Source of the DNA: Woeseia sp.
GTDB lineage: Bacteria > Pseudomonadota > Gammaproteobacteria > Steroidobacterales > Woeseiaceae
NCBI GenBank assembly: GCA_003229095.1
Contig: QIHS01000091.1
Span: 1-25,847 of the forward strand
DNA length: 25,847 nucleotides
Direction: 5' to 3'
A model generated the notes under the pieces. It saw only the letters and a program-made list of their open reading frames with translations, did no database searches and had not been told where the DNA came from. A program made the translations under genes and the position numbers. Of the stretch, positions 1 through 9,419 are shown in pieces. The first letter of the stretch is position 1; each line of letters begins with the position of its first letter.

Positions 1-339
1 AAAACAGAGGTCGAGCTTGCTCGTGCGGACGGTCTCGTTCGCGGGCGTGTTCAGTTCGCAGGCAGCAATTCGTTTGAATATGTGTTTGAGAGTTCGCCGG
101 CAACCGTGAGGGCGGAGGCCCACGTGTCGAACAACGTCATGACGATTCGCGTGCCAGAGGCGGAAGTAAATCGCTGGGCGGACTCGGAGCAAATATCAAT
201 TGCCGCGGAACAGGTTCTCGATAATGGTGATCTGTTATCTATCCTGGTGGAAAAAGACTTCACCTGTCTTGCGCCACGCGAAGGCGAAGACGAGTCAGAC
301 ATGTTTCCGAATCCTGACTCGGGCAAGCAGAACTGCTGA
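1..339 (+). CDS. Conserved hypothetical protein, 5'-truncated (DUF7009-like by recall)
   Basis: Frame 1 is open from base 1 (KTEVELARADGLVRGRVQF...), so the ORF-track start at 82 is internal. The C-terminal EKDFxCLxPRxGEDESDMFPNP resembles a conserved small bacterial family. The family name is from memory and not searched. Confidence 0.7.
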   Translation, partial: KTEVELARADGLVRGRVQFAGSNSFEYVFESSPATVRAEAHVSNNVMTIRVPEAEVNRWADSEQISIAAEQVLDNGDLLSILVEKDFTCLAPREGEDESDMFPNPDSGKQNC

Positions 340-349
340 GGAAGAATTT

Positions 350-1045
350 ATGCCCGCCGGACGATATGCGAGTTTCACACCTGAGTCAGTGGTGTTTCTC
401 ACTGAACTTAAGAACAACAACAACCGTGACTGGTTCAACGAAAATAAGAAGCGCTACGAAGAACAGGTGCTCGATGTTGCGCTACGCTTTATCCATTCAA
501 TGCAGGAACCGCTGGCCGACATAGCGCCGCATTTTACGGCAATTCCGAAACGCATGGGCGGATCGCTGATGCGCGTTTACCGGGATACGCGATTTTCCAA
601 AAACAAGACGCCGTATAAGACCAATATTGGCATTCAGTTTCGCCATGAACAGGCGCGAGATGTACACGCCCCTGGGTACTACGTGCACATTGATCCCGAG
701 CAGATTTTTCTGGGAGCCGGTATGTGGCGACCGGCGCCGGATGCTCTCAAAGGCATCCGGGAAAGGATCAGTGACAAACCGGTGGAATGGGAGCGGGTGA
801 GGGACGATAAGGGTTTCAAACGCCATTTTAAACTGGGCGGCGAGGTCCTGACGCGGCCGCCGCGAGGCTATGCCAAAGATCACCCGCAGATTGACGACAT
901 CAAACGCAAGGATTTCATTGCAATCCAAAACCTGTCCCTGGAGGACGCCCTGAAGCCCAGGTTTCAGCAGAAAGTTGAGACAGCGTTTCGCGCGGCGAAT
1001 CCTTATATGGCGTTTCTGTGTAAGGCTGTCAATGTTCCGTTTTGA
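350..1045 (+). CDS. DUF2461 / TIGR02453 family protein
   Basis: Motifs FLTELKNNNNRDWFNENKKRYE, RVYRDTRFSKNKTPYKT, GYYVHI, LTRPPRGY. ATG at 350 follows a GAGGAAG SD overlapping the upstream stop. The ORF-track start at 200 is an over-extension. Confidence 0.9.
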   Translation: MPAGRYASFTPESVVFLTELKNNNNRDWFNENKKRYEEQVLDVALRFIHSMQEPLADIAPHFTAIPKRMGGSLMRVYRDTRFSKNKTPYKTNIGIQFRHEQARDVHAPGYYVHIDPEQIFLGAGMWRPAPDALKGIRERISDKPVEWERVRDDKGFKRHFKLGGEVLTRPPRGYAKDHPQIDDIKRKDFIAIQNLSLEDALKPRFQQKVETAFRAANPYMAFLCKAVNVPF

Positions 1046-1104
1046 CGCGCTGCCAAGCTCGAATTGGCGGCCAAAAATCCGGCTATATTCCTGACAGTGG
1101 TCGG

Positions 1105-1113
1105 TGCTAGAAT
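1105..1113 (+). promoter_or_regulatory. Possible extended -10 promoter element (TGC-TAGAAT) for the amino acid dehydrogenase
   Basis: TGcTAGAAT lies about 60 nt upstream of ATG 1175. There is no good -35 at 17 bp spacing. Confidence 0.35.
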
Positions 1114-1174
1114 CCGCGCGCCACGGCCAAAAGAGCCGCAAATGAAACGATTTTAGATCGACCTGAGGGACTCC

Positions 1175-2239
1175 ATGGCTGTTTTCGACGATTCTGCATT
1201 CGACGCGCACGAACGCGTGGTTTTTTGCCATGACGCGAGCACGGGCCTGAAGGCCATAATCGCGATCCACTCGACAGTGCTCGGCCCGGCAGCCGGTGGC
1301 ACCCGACTCTGGTCATACGCCAGCGATGAAGAGGCGCTGCACGATGTATTGCGCCTCGCTCAGGGTATGAGTTACAAAAATGCGATGGCTGGCCTGAAGT
1401 TTGGTGGCGGCAAAGCAGTCATTATTAACACGCCGGATTTCGCAGGATCAGACTCGCTTTATGAGCGGTATGGCGAGTTCGTGGATCAGCTCGGTGGCAG
1501 TTATGTCACCGCGGAAGATGTTGGCATGAGCGTTGAAATCATGGAGATCATCGCGCGCCGCACAAAGTACGTTGCGGGATTATCGAAAAAGGAAAGTGGG
1601 GCAGGCGGCGATCCATCACCGAAAACCTCTTTTGGTATTTTCAAAGGTATCGAGGCGGCGGTGCAATTCAAGCTTGGCCACGAGAATCTGGGTGGGCTGT
1701 CCGTCGCGGTCCAGGGTGTTGGTAAAGTCGGTTACCATCTCTGTCGGTTTCTTCACGAGGCCGGCGCGAGTCTTGTTGTTGCGGACATGGACGCAGGCTG
1801 TATCGAACGTGTGGTGCAGGAATTTGGCGCAACCAGTGTGGCGCTTGAAGACATTCTGTCGCAGGATGTGGATGTGGTTGCACCCTGTGCGCTTGGCGCA
1901 GTTTTCAATGAGCGTTCAATTTCCTCATTGCAGGCAAGCGTCATTGCGGGCGGTGCCAACAATCAGCTTGAGACAGCAGCAGACGGGCAGCGTCTGCACG
2001 ATGCCGGAATCTTGTTTGCGCCGGACTACGTCATCAATGGCGGCGGAATCATCAATGTGGCCAGCGAATATTATCGCGACCTGGACGATGACGAAGTCTG
2101 GGAACGCGTCGCGGCGATTGGCCCGCGCCTGACCGGCATTTTCGAAGAAGCAAAGTCCAGCGACGTCCCGACCAACGAAGTCGCCGACAGACAAGCGAAA
2201 AAAATTATCTCTGACGCGACCTCAGGTACTGACACCTGA
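1175..2239 (+). CDS. ldh: Leu/Phe/Val dehydrogenase (Glu/Leu/Phe/Val dehydrogenase family)
   Basis: Motifs GPAAGGTR, MSYKNA, GGGKAV, TAEDVG, GDPSPKT, Rossmann QGVGKVG, GGANNQL, APDYVINGGG. GAGGGA SD. Exact substrate cannot be determined from sequence. Confidence 0.92.
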   Translation: MAVFDDSAFDAHERVVFCHDASTGLKAIIAIHSTVLGPAAGGTRLWSYASDEEALHDVLRLAQGMSYKNAMAGLKFGGGKAVIINTPDFAGSDSLYERYGEFVDQLGGSYVTAEDVGMSVEIMEIIARRTKYVAGLSKKESGAGGDPSPKTSFGIFKGIEAAVQFKLGHENLGGLSVAVQGVGKVGYHLCRFLHEAGASLVVADMDAGCIERVVQEFGATSVALEDILSQDVDVVAPCALGAVFNERSISSLQASVIAGGANNQLETAADGQRLHDAGILFAPDYVINGGGIINVASEYYRDLDDDEVWERVAAIGPRLTGIFEEAKSSDVPTNEVADRQAKKIISDATSGTDT

Positions 2240-2275
2240 AAACGGGCTCTGACCCGGTTATTTTTGGGGTTAGAG
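2238..2275. terminator. Hairpin / short repeat element at a convergent gene junction (possible bidirectional terminator)
   Basis: CTCTGACCC (2247-2255) pairs with GGGTTAGAG (2267-2275) with one G-U pair. It is preceded by an A tract and has a T tract in the loop. It sits between the ldh and sulfatase stop codons. Confidence 0.5.
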
Positions 2276-3880
2276 GTCTCTGGGAACCACTATGCCGAGA
2301 TTCCTGCGTTCGACTCGCCACAGGTCGATCAATTCTGCTCGTTTATCGGGGTCTTCCAACGACAGGTCGTTGGCCTCACCGGGGTCGGCGACGATGTTAT
2401 ACAACTCGAAATTGTTTTCGTCGAATGGTCCTTCGGTGGTAACGATTTTCCAGCGACCCTGCCGGAGGTAACTTCGTCCGCGATGTGACAGAACAGTTAC
2501 ATACTCATCGTCGTGAACCGTGTCTGACTGGCCGCCGAGAAAATCGAGCATGCTCTCGCCAATCATGGGTTGCACAGATCCGTCACTCGGGTACACCGCG
2601 CCGGCAACTTCCAGAAAGGTCGGTGCCAGGTCCATGACCGTCAGGTAGCCAGTGTCGATTGTGCCATCCGCCGTGACGCCTTTACCAGCAACGATCATCG
2701 GTGCAACAATGCCGCCCTCGTGTGTATAACCCTTGTGCTTCTGGAACGGTGCGGAACCGGCTTCCGCCCACTGCGGGCCGTAAGATACGAATGTGTCAGC
2801 CGTGCCCATCAGATCGTAGCTGCTGTTGTCGAAAGTTGCCTGCAGGTATTCAGCAAACTGATCGTATCCGACGCCATTGTAGAAGTCTTCAGCAGCGGCA
2901 CCGTTGTCGCCCATGAATACGATGAGTGTGTTGTCGTAGAGATCGTTTTCTTTAAGGTAGTCGATCAGGCGACCGATATGGTCGTCCAGGTTATCGACCA
3001 TTGCCGCGTACAGTTCCATTTTTCTCGATTCACGCTTTTGCTCCTCCGCATTCAGTTCATCCCATGGCGTAATCTTTTCGTTGCGCGGTGGAAGCTCGGA
3101 CGACAACGGGATAATGCCGGCCTCTTTCAGAGATTCGAAACGGCGCTCACGGAGAGCATCGTATCCGTCGTCGTATCGCCCCGAATACAAATACAGGTAT
3201 TCGTCCGGAACCTGCAATGGCCAGTGTGGGGAAGTATATGCGGCAAACGCAAAAAATGGTTTACCGTTGTCTCTGTCCCGCTCGATGAACTGAATGAGTT
3301 TATCGGTGTAAAAATCGGTTGAGTAACGACCTGTCGGATAGTCAACCAAAGTTGATCCGCCCTCAAAAAATCCGCGGTCGTCGAAATGGGTGCCGGCACC
3401 GTCTAGCAGGTTGTAAGCGCGGCTGAATCCGGCGGCATGCGGACTGGTTTCGAGTTCGAGGCCCAGATGCCATTTGCCGACCGTATAGGTGTCATAGCCG
3501 GCATCCAGCAATAATCGTGGAAAAGGAACGATTCGATCAGACAGACTGTTTTCATAGCCATCCAGCGGTACGCCAGCAACACCCTCAACGCCCTGAGATG
3601 CCATACCCGCGACATGGTTGTTGTTGCCACTTAGCAGCATCGCGCGTGTCGGCGCACACACTGGAGCAGTATGAAATTGAGTAAACAGCACGCCTTGTGC
3701 AGCCAGCGCATCGATGTTGGGTGTGTCGATGTCACTGCCGTAAACGCCGAGGTCTGCATATCCGAGGTCGTCGGCAACGATCAGGAGAATATTTGGTCGT
3801 TCTGTCGCAGCGGCCGATATGTTACAAATGCCCAGTATGCTTGTGGCGGTCGCCAACAATACACTTGATCGTAAATTCAT
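2270..3880 (-). CDS. Secreted arylsulfatase (AtsA-like, Cys-type S1 sulfatase)
   Basis: Sec-like signal peptide. Motifs NILLIVADDLG, CAPTR (CxPxR signature), GKWHLG, PHWPLQ, GDNG, HKGYTHEGG, YNIVADPGE. GGAG SD about 10 nt upstream. Confidence 0.92.
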   Translation of the reverse strand: MNLRSSVLLATATSILGICNISAAATERPNILLIVADDLGYADLGVYGSDIDTPNIDALAAQGVLFTQFHTAPVCAPTRAMLLSGNNNHVAGMASQGVEGVAGVPLDGYENSLSDRIVPFPRLLLDAGYDTYTVGKWHLGLELETSPHAAGFSRAYNLLDGAGTHFDDRGFFEGGSTLVDYPTGRYSTDFYTDKLIQFIERDRDNGKPFFAFAAYTSPHWPLQVPDEYLYLYSGRYDDGYDALRERRFESLKEAGIIPLSSELPPRNEKITPWDELNAEEQKRESRKMELYAAMVDNLDDHIGRLIDYLKENDLYDNTLIVFMGDNGAAAEDFYNGVGYDQFAEYLQATFDNSSYDLMGTADTFVSYGPQWAEAGSAPFQKHKGYTHEGGIVAPMIVAGKGVTADGTIDTGYLTVMDLAPTFLEVAGAVYPSDGSVQPMIGESMLDFLGGQSDTVHDDEYVTVLSHRGRSYLRQGRWKIVTTEGPFDENNFELYNIVADPGEANDLSLEDPDKRAELIDLWRVERRNLGIVVPRDL

Positions 3881-4086
3881 GGCGTTACTGCTCCAGTGGA
3901 ATCAGGTGAGCACCTTACAGCTTGTCTACGATCGCCAGCAACTACGAACACCGATCACTGTCCCGATAAAGTCCACCAAACATCCTCAAATTGGTCATAA
4001 TTGGTCGCGGTAGTATGAACCTCGTCCGGTCGCAAAGACGAGCCGGCACTTTCCAAATGGTATCAACAAAAACGAAGGCGTTGCAC

Positions 4087-6024
4087 GTGGCAGAAAACCC
4101 CATTCTCTGGTCTCCCGGCAAGGATCGCGCCGAAAAAAGCGCGATGTATCGGTTCATGAAGGCGCAGGGCTGCGACGATTTTGAGAGTTTGCATCAATGG
4201 TCGCTCACGAACACGCCGGATTTCTGGCAGGCACTTTGTGATTTTGCCGGCGTAGATTTCGCCAAAGAAGCGTCGTCCGTTGTTGATCAACCCGGCGACA
4301 TAACGACAGCGCGCTGGTTCGAAGGCGCACGATTAAGCTTTCCTGCGCATATTCTTCGGCATAGCGGCGCTCGCGCTGCAATTGTGTTTCGCGGTGAGAG
4401 CGGTGTGCGACGGGAAGTCAGTTTCGATGATTTGAACCTGCAGGTCGCGGCTGTTGCAGCCGGGCTCAAAGCAGCTGGCGTAAAAAAGGGCGATCGGGTG
4501 GCGGCTTTCCTGCCCAACTGTCCCGAAGCAATCATCGCGATGCTGGGCGCCACCAGCATCGGCGCAATCTGGTCATCCTGTTCGCCGGATTTTGGCATCA
4601 ACGGTGTGGTTGATCGGTTCGGTCAAATCAAACCGAAAGTTCTGTTCTGCGCGGACGGCTATTTCTACAACGGCAAACGAATCGAATCCCTGAGCGCGGT
4701 TGGCGGGGTGCTGGATAAAATCAGCAGTATCGAACACGCCGTCGTCGTGCCTTTTACGGGAGAAGCGGTCTCTCTCGATGATGTTCGTGCCGGCGTGCAT
4801 TGGCAGGACTTTGCTCAGTCGGGGCATACACTTGAATGTGTGCCTGTTGAATTCAATCACCCGCTCTACATCATGTATTCCTCGGGCACGACGGGCGCAC
4901 CCAAATGCATTGTGCATGGCACCGGCGGCACGCTGGTGCAGCACATGAAAGAACACCTGTTGCATTGCGATATCGGTCCTGATGATCGAGTGTTCTATTT
5001 CACGACCTGTGGCTGGATGATGTGGAACTGGCTCGTCAGTGCGCTGACTGTTGGCGCGACGATTGTGCTGTACGACGGCTCGCCTTTTTACGAAGAAGGT
5101 CGGGCACTCTGGCGCATGGCACAGGAGGAAAAGCTGACCGTTTTTGGCACCAGCGCAAAGTTTATTGCGGCGCTGGAAAAAAACGGCGTGCGGCCAGGCG
5201 ATGAATTTGACCTGTCCTCGATCAAGACTATTTTTTCAACCGGGTCGGTACTCGCGCCGGAGAGCTTTGACTACGTTTACGAAGCCATCGCGGCGGATGT
5301 GCAGCTGGCATCGATTTCGGGTGGCACGGATATCATCAGTTGTTTTGCCGGAGGCAACCCGCTGCTGCCTGTTCGTCGTGGCGAACTACAGTGCCTCGCG
5401 CTTGCCATGCAGGTGGAGGTGTTCAACGACGATGGCGAAGCGGTCATTGGCGAGAATGGTGAGTTGGTGTGTAGCAATGCATTTCCGTCGATGCCGGTTT
5501 GCTTCTGGAACGATCCTGGCAACAAGCAATATCACGCCGCTTATTTTGAACGATTTCCCGGCGTCTGGGCGCAGGGGGACTACGCGCAAGTTACCGTTAA
5601 CGGCGGCATGGTGATCTACGGTCGCTCGGATGCCGTGCTCAACCCGGGCGGAGTCAGGATTGGCACGGCGGAAATTTACCGCCAGGTCGAGAGGCTGGAT
5701 GAGGTGCTGGAGAGTATTGCTATTGGTCAGGACTGGGAAGATGACGTGCGTGTCATTCTGTTCGTCATCATGCGCGATGATTCGCCGCTTGATGACGAGG
5801 TCAGGGCAAAGATTTGCCGGGTGATTCGTGAAAACACCACGCCACGGCATGTGCCGTCGAAGATTGTTGCTGTGCCCGAGATTCCGCGCACGATCAGCGG
5901 AAAAATTGTGGAGCTTGCGGTGCGAAACGTTGTGCACGGAAGACCGGTTAACAATGTAGATGCCCTGGCCAACCCCGGGGCGCTGGCGCATTTCAAAAAT
6001 ATAGCTGAACTGGAGGCCGAATGA
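4087..6024 (+). CDS. Acetoacetate--CoA ligase (acetoacetyl-CoA synthetase)
   Basis: Motifs GAIWSSCSPDFG, YSSGTTGAPKCIVH, FTTCGWMMWNW, SISGGTDI, GRSDAVLNPGGVRIGTAEIY, PRTISGK. GTG 4087 chosen because GAAGG lies 8 nt upstream. ATG 4057 is an alternative start. Confidence 0.92.
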   Translation: MAENPILWSPGKDRAEKSAMYRFMKAQGCDDFESLHQWSLTNTPDFWQALCDFAGVDFAKEASSVVDQPGDITTARWFEGARLSFPAHILRHSGARAAIVFRGESGVRREVSFDDLNLQVAAVAAGLKAAGVKKGDRVAAFLPNCPEAIIAMLGATSIGAIWSSCSPDFGINGVVDRFGQIKPKVLFCADGYFYNGKRIESLSAVGGVLDKISSIEHAVVVPFTGEAVSLDDVRAGVHWQDFAQSGHTLECVPVEFNHPLYIMYSSGTTGAPKCIVHGTGGTLVQHMKEHLLHCDIGPDDRVFYFTTCGWMMWNWLVSALTVGATIVLYDGSPFYEEGRALWRMAQEEKLTVFGTSAKFIAALEKNGVRPGDEFDLSSIKTIFSTGSVLAPESFDYVYEAIAADVQLASISGGTDIISCFAGGNPLLPVRRGELQCLALAMQVEVFNDDGEAVIGENGELVCSNAFPSMPVCFWNDPGNKQYHAAYFERFPGVWAQGDYAQVTVNGGMVIYGRSDAVLNPGGVRIGTAEIYRQVERLDEVLESIAIGQDWEDDVRVILFVIMRDDSPLDDEVRAKICRVIRENTTPRHVPSKIVAVPEIPRTISGKIVELAVRNVVHGRPVNNVDALANPGALAHFKNIAELEAE

Positions 6025-6530
6025 CGAATACAAATCAGATTGGGGAGATGGTTTGCGAAGGAAAAGTGCTCCCGGAATGGATTGATATCAACAATCACAT
6101 GAACGTCGCCTACTACGTGCTTGCGTTCGATTACGGCGTCGATGCGCTATGGGAGCGTTTCGGCATCAATGATGAATACATGTCGACATGCCGTGGTTCG
6201 ACGTTCGCTGTGGAATGCCACCTGACCTATCAGCAAGAGTTGCTCGAGGGCGATCAATATTTCGTAACAGCGCAAATCCTGGCGTTTGATGAAAAACGAA
6301 TACATCAGTTTCTGCGCCTCTATCATGCTGAAAAGCACTACCTGGCCGCCACAGCTGAATGGATGAACCTGCATATCAATCTGGATTCGCGGCGCGTGTG
6401 CCCGTGGCCGGAGTCGATTCGATCGCGAATCGGAGAATTTGCGCATGCCCAGGAAAATTCGGAATCGCCCGCCGAGGTGGGGCGGAAGATGGCCATCAAA
6501 AAACCGCTTTACAGTTTGCAGCAAGATTAA
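6021..6530 (+). CDS. Hotdog-fold acyl-CoA thioesterase (4HBT-like; resembles the CdhB/betainyl-CoA thioesterase group)
   Basis: Motif VLPEWIDINNHMNVAYYVLAFD and ECHLTYQQEL. ATGA overlap with the ligase stop codon. Confidence 0.8.
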   Translation: MTNTNQIGEMVCEGKVLPEWIDINNHMNVAYYVLAFDYGVDALWERFGINDEYMSTCRGSTFAVECHLTYQQELLEGDQYFVTAQILAFDEKRIHQFLRLYHAEKHYLAATAEWMNLHINLDSRRVCPWPESIRSRIGEFAHAQENSESPAEVGRKMAIKKPLYSLQQD

Positions 6531-6536
6531 GACGCG

Positions 6537-8018
6537 ATGAGTGATGACAAAACACTGCTGATGGCGATTGACCAGGGCACGAGCAGCAGCCGTGCCGTGA
6601 TCTTCAATCGCGACGCAGGTGTCATCGCGACTGCGCAGTTGGAGTTTCCGCAGGAATATCCGCAACCCGGCTGGGTAGAGCACGATCCCGAGGCAATCTG
6701 GGAATCGGTCGTGACTGTCACGCGGCAGGCACTGGATAATGCCGGCAATCCGTCAATAACAGCGATTGGCATTACGAACCAAAGAGAGACAACGCTGGTC
6801 TGGGACCGGCAAAGCGGCAAATGTATTCATCACGCCATTGTCTGGCAGGATCGTCGCACGGCTGCTTATTGTCAGGAATTGAAAGCGGCGGGCGAAGAAG
6901 AAGCGGCAATTGCAAAAACCGGCTTGCGCCTGGACCCGTATTTCTCGGCGAGCAAAATCCGCTGGATTCTCAAGCATGTGGACGGTGCCCGTGAGCTTGC
7001 GGTCGCTGGCCGTCTCGCGTTTGGCACAGTCGATTGTTTCCTGCTGTGGCGGCTGACCGGCGGACAGGTGCATGCAACAGATGCGAGTAACGCCTCTCGT
7101 ACGTTGCTGTTCAATATTCATACGCAGAAATGGGATGAGCAATTGCTCGACTTGTTCGGTGTACCTGCATCCATGCTGCCGAAGGTATTGGACTGCGCGG
7201 CGGATTTCGGTACTACGACCAAGGCCGCGATCGGCGCTGCGATTCCGATTTGCGGTATGGCCGGCGATCAGCAGGCGGCGTTGGTCGGGCAGGCTGCGTT
7301 TATGCCCGGAATGACCAAGAGCACCTATGGCACAGGGTGTTTTGTGATTGCGAATACGGGGCATGAAGCGCTCACATCCAAAAACAACCTGCTAACGACG
7401 GTTGCGTACAGACTGAACGGCGAAGTGACCTACGGCCTGGAGGGCAGCATCTTCGCCGCTGGATCCGCCATTCAATGGCTTCGTGACCAACTTAAGCTGA
7501 TCGAAACTGCGGGAGAGACAGAATCAATTGCACAGGCGACCGGCATCGTCGACCACGTGCATGTTGTGCCGGCATTTGCAGGGCTTGGCGCACCCTATTG
7601 GGATCCTGATGCTCGCGCGGCCATACTCGGTTTATCGCGTGACAGCGGTATCGGCGAGATCGTGACCGCCACATTACAGGCCGTTGCGTATCAGACTCGA
7701 GACCTGATCGATGCCATGTCGGAAGACGGTGTCAGCCCAAGCGTCATTCGAGTCGATGGCGGTATGGTAACGAATGACTGGTTTTTGTCGTTTCTGTCCG
7801 GGATGCTCGGACTGCCGGTCGAGCGCCCGCAGAATGTCGAATCGACAGCGCTTGGCGCAGCCTTCCTCGCCGGATTGCAAAGTGGTGTTTATGCATCGAC
7901 AGATGAAATCGCCTCGTTATGGGCGAGAGACGAAATTTTCGATTCCACACTCGACAAGAAGCTGCGACAGGATCTTTATGCCGGTTGGCGAAATGCGGTG
8001 CAAAGAATACGCAGCTAG
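6537..8018 (+). CDS. glpK: Glycerol kinase
   Basis: Motifs [62 protein letters not shown]. Confidence 0.93.
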   Translation: MSDDKTLLMAIDQGTSSSRAVIFNRDAGVIATAQLEFPQEYPQPGWVEHDPEAIWESVVTVTRQALDNAGNPSITAIGITNQRETTLVWDRQSGKCIHHAIVWQDRRTAAYCQELKAAGEEEAAIAKTGLRLDPYFSASKIRWILKHVDGARELAVAGRLAFGTVDCFLLWRLTGGQVHATDASNASRTLLFNIHTQKWDEQLLDLFGVPASMLPKVLDCAADFGTTTKAAIGAAIPICGMAGDQQAALVGQAAFMPGMTKSTYGTGCFVIANTGHEALTSKNNLLTTVAYRLNGEVTYGLEGSIFAAGSAIQWLRDQLKLIETAGETESIAQATGIVDHVHVVPAFAGLGAPYWDPDARAAILGLSRDSGIGEIVTATLQAVAYQTRDLIDAMSEDGVSPSVIRVDGGMVTNDWFLSFLSGMLGLPVERPQNVESTALGAAFLAGLQSGVYASTDEIASLWARDEIFDSTLDKKLRQDLYAGWRNAVQRIRS

Positions 8019-8022
8019 CGAC

Positions 8023-8045
8023 GAAAACGGGCTCTCACCCCATTT
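8023..8045. repeat. Second copy of short intergenic element GAAAACGGGCTCT(G/C)ACCC
   Basis: 17 of 18 nt are identical to 2238-2255. It also lies at a convergent junction (glpK / hisIE). Confidence 0.6.
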
Positions 8046-8655
8046 ACTGATGTCGTTCTGCCAAACGGTGTGCGACATCGGACATGCTCAGGCCCTGATG
8101 CTTTAGCAGAACCAGTACGTGGAACATCAGATCAGCGACTTCGTCGATAATTTCTTCGCGGTTTTCCGACATTGCGGCGAGTGCGACTTCGACACCTTCC
8201 TCGCCGACTTTTTGTGCGATTTTCTTTGTGCCTTCGCGCATCAGTCTTGCGGTGTAACTGCCGGTCGGCTGATCCGATTGCCGCTCGCCAATAATGGACT
8301 CGAGCTGGCCGATAAAGCCGAATCCTTGTTGTTCCTCTTCCTGGTCGAAACAGCTGTATTTCCCGAGATGACAGGTCGGTCCGCTCGGCGTCGCTGTCAC
8401 CAGCAGTGAGTCATTGTCACAATCGATTTCCAAACTGTGTAGTTTTAACCTGTTGCCGGATGTTTCACCTTTCGTCCACAGGCACTGTCGTGATCGACTG
8501 AAGAAAGTGACCCAGTCACTTTCTTGGGTTGCAGCAAGCGCGTCGGCGTTCATGTAACCAAGCATCAGGACACGCCCGGTAACGGCATGTTGGACGATGG
8601 CGGGCACAAGACCATCGCCTTTCGCCCAGTCAATGTCTTGCTGAAGTCGTTTCAC
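8044..8655 (-). CDS. hisIE: Bifunctional phosphoribosyl-AMP cyclohydrolase / phosphoribosyl-ATP pyrophosphatase
   Basis: Motifs [52 protein letters not shown] overlap with the hisF stop. Confidence 0.96.
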   Translation of the reverse strand: MKRLQQDIDWAKGDGLVPAIVQHAVTGRVLMLGYMNADALAATQESDWVTFFSRSRQCLWTKGETSGNRLKLHSLEIDCDNDSLLVTATPSGPTCHLGKYSCFDQEEEQQGFGFIGQLESIIGERQSDQPTGSYTARLMREGTKKIAQKVGEEGVEVALAAMSENREEIIDEVADLMFHVLVLLKHQGLSMSDVAHRLAERHQ

Positions 8656-9419
8656 AAGCGGACCTCGATGTTGGCGGATTGCAGGAATTGCTTTAGTTCC
8701 GGAATGGCGATTTCGCCGCTATGAAAAACGCTGGCGGCGAGTGCCGCCGAGACGTTTGTTGTCGTAAAGACATCTACGAAGTCCTGTAGTTTACCGGCAC
8801 CACCGGACGCGACCAGCGGCACCGTGCACTGCGCTTGCACAGTGAGAAGCTGGTCTGTGTCGTAACCGTCCCGTACACCGTCGGAATTCATGCAATTGAG
8901 CACGATTTCGCCAGCGCCACGTTCCTGCACTTCTTTAATCCAGGCGCAGGTGCTTCGCCTCGTGTTTACAGTCTTTTTTTCATCGCCCGTATACTGGCAG
9001 ACCTGCCACGCTTCGCCATTGCGCAGGCTGTCGATACCGAGCACAACACACTGCGATCCGAATCGTCGCGCAAGTTCTGAAATCAACGACGGATTTTCCA
9101 GTGCTGGCGAATTGATGGAAATCTTGTCTGCGCCCAGACGCAATATATCCTCAGCGGTGTCGACAGTTCGAATACCGCCAGCGACACAAAACGGGATATC
9201 GAGCAGAGCTGCGACTTCGGTGATCCAGCGGCGATCCACTGTACGATCATCCGGGCTTGCGGATATGTCGTAGAACACAAGTTCGTCTGCGCCAGCCGCA
9301 CAATATCTTGCGGCTAGCTCAAGTACGTCACCGACTACCCGGTGATTGCGAAACTGTACGCCTTTGACGACGCTGCCGTCACGTACATCCAGGCAGGGAA
9401 TTATGCGGCGGGCAGGAAT
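8652..9419 (-). CDS. hisF: Imidazole glycerol phosphate synthase cyclase subunit, with apparent non-canonical ATT start
   Basis: The frame reads (I)[22 protein letters not shown]...[10 protein letters not shown]...VAGGIR...DKISINS...ASGGAG...LAASVFH. The ORF-track start at 9278 loses the N-terminal PCLD motif. AGGAGGT lies 6 nt upstream of ATT at 9419, giving 255 aa. Confidence 0.93.
   Translation of the reverse strand: MPARRIIPCLDVRDGSVVKGVQFRNHRVVGDVLELAARYCAAGADELVFYDISASPDDRTVDRRWITEVAALLDIPFCVAGGIRTVDTAEDILRLGADKISINSPALENPSLISELARRFGSQCVVLGIDSLRNGEAWQVCQYTGDEKKTVNTRRSTCAWIKEVQERGAGEIVLNCMNSDGVRDGYDTDQLLTVQAQCTVPLVASGGAGKLQDFVDVFTTTNVSAALAASVFHSGEIAIPELKQFLQSANIEVRL

Noticed and set aside
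497-3322. Long antisense or alternative-frame ORFs (497-1270, 1533-2132, 2570-3322; also 5386-6033, 6753-7364, 16358-16948, 17410-17958, 24486-25355)
   Set aside because: They fully overlap well-supported genes, show no recognisable motifs, and are expected in GC-rich DNA.
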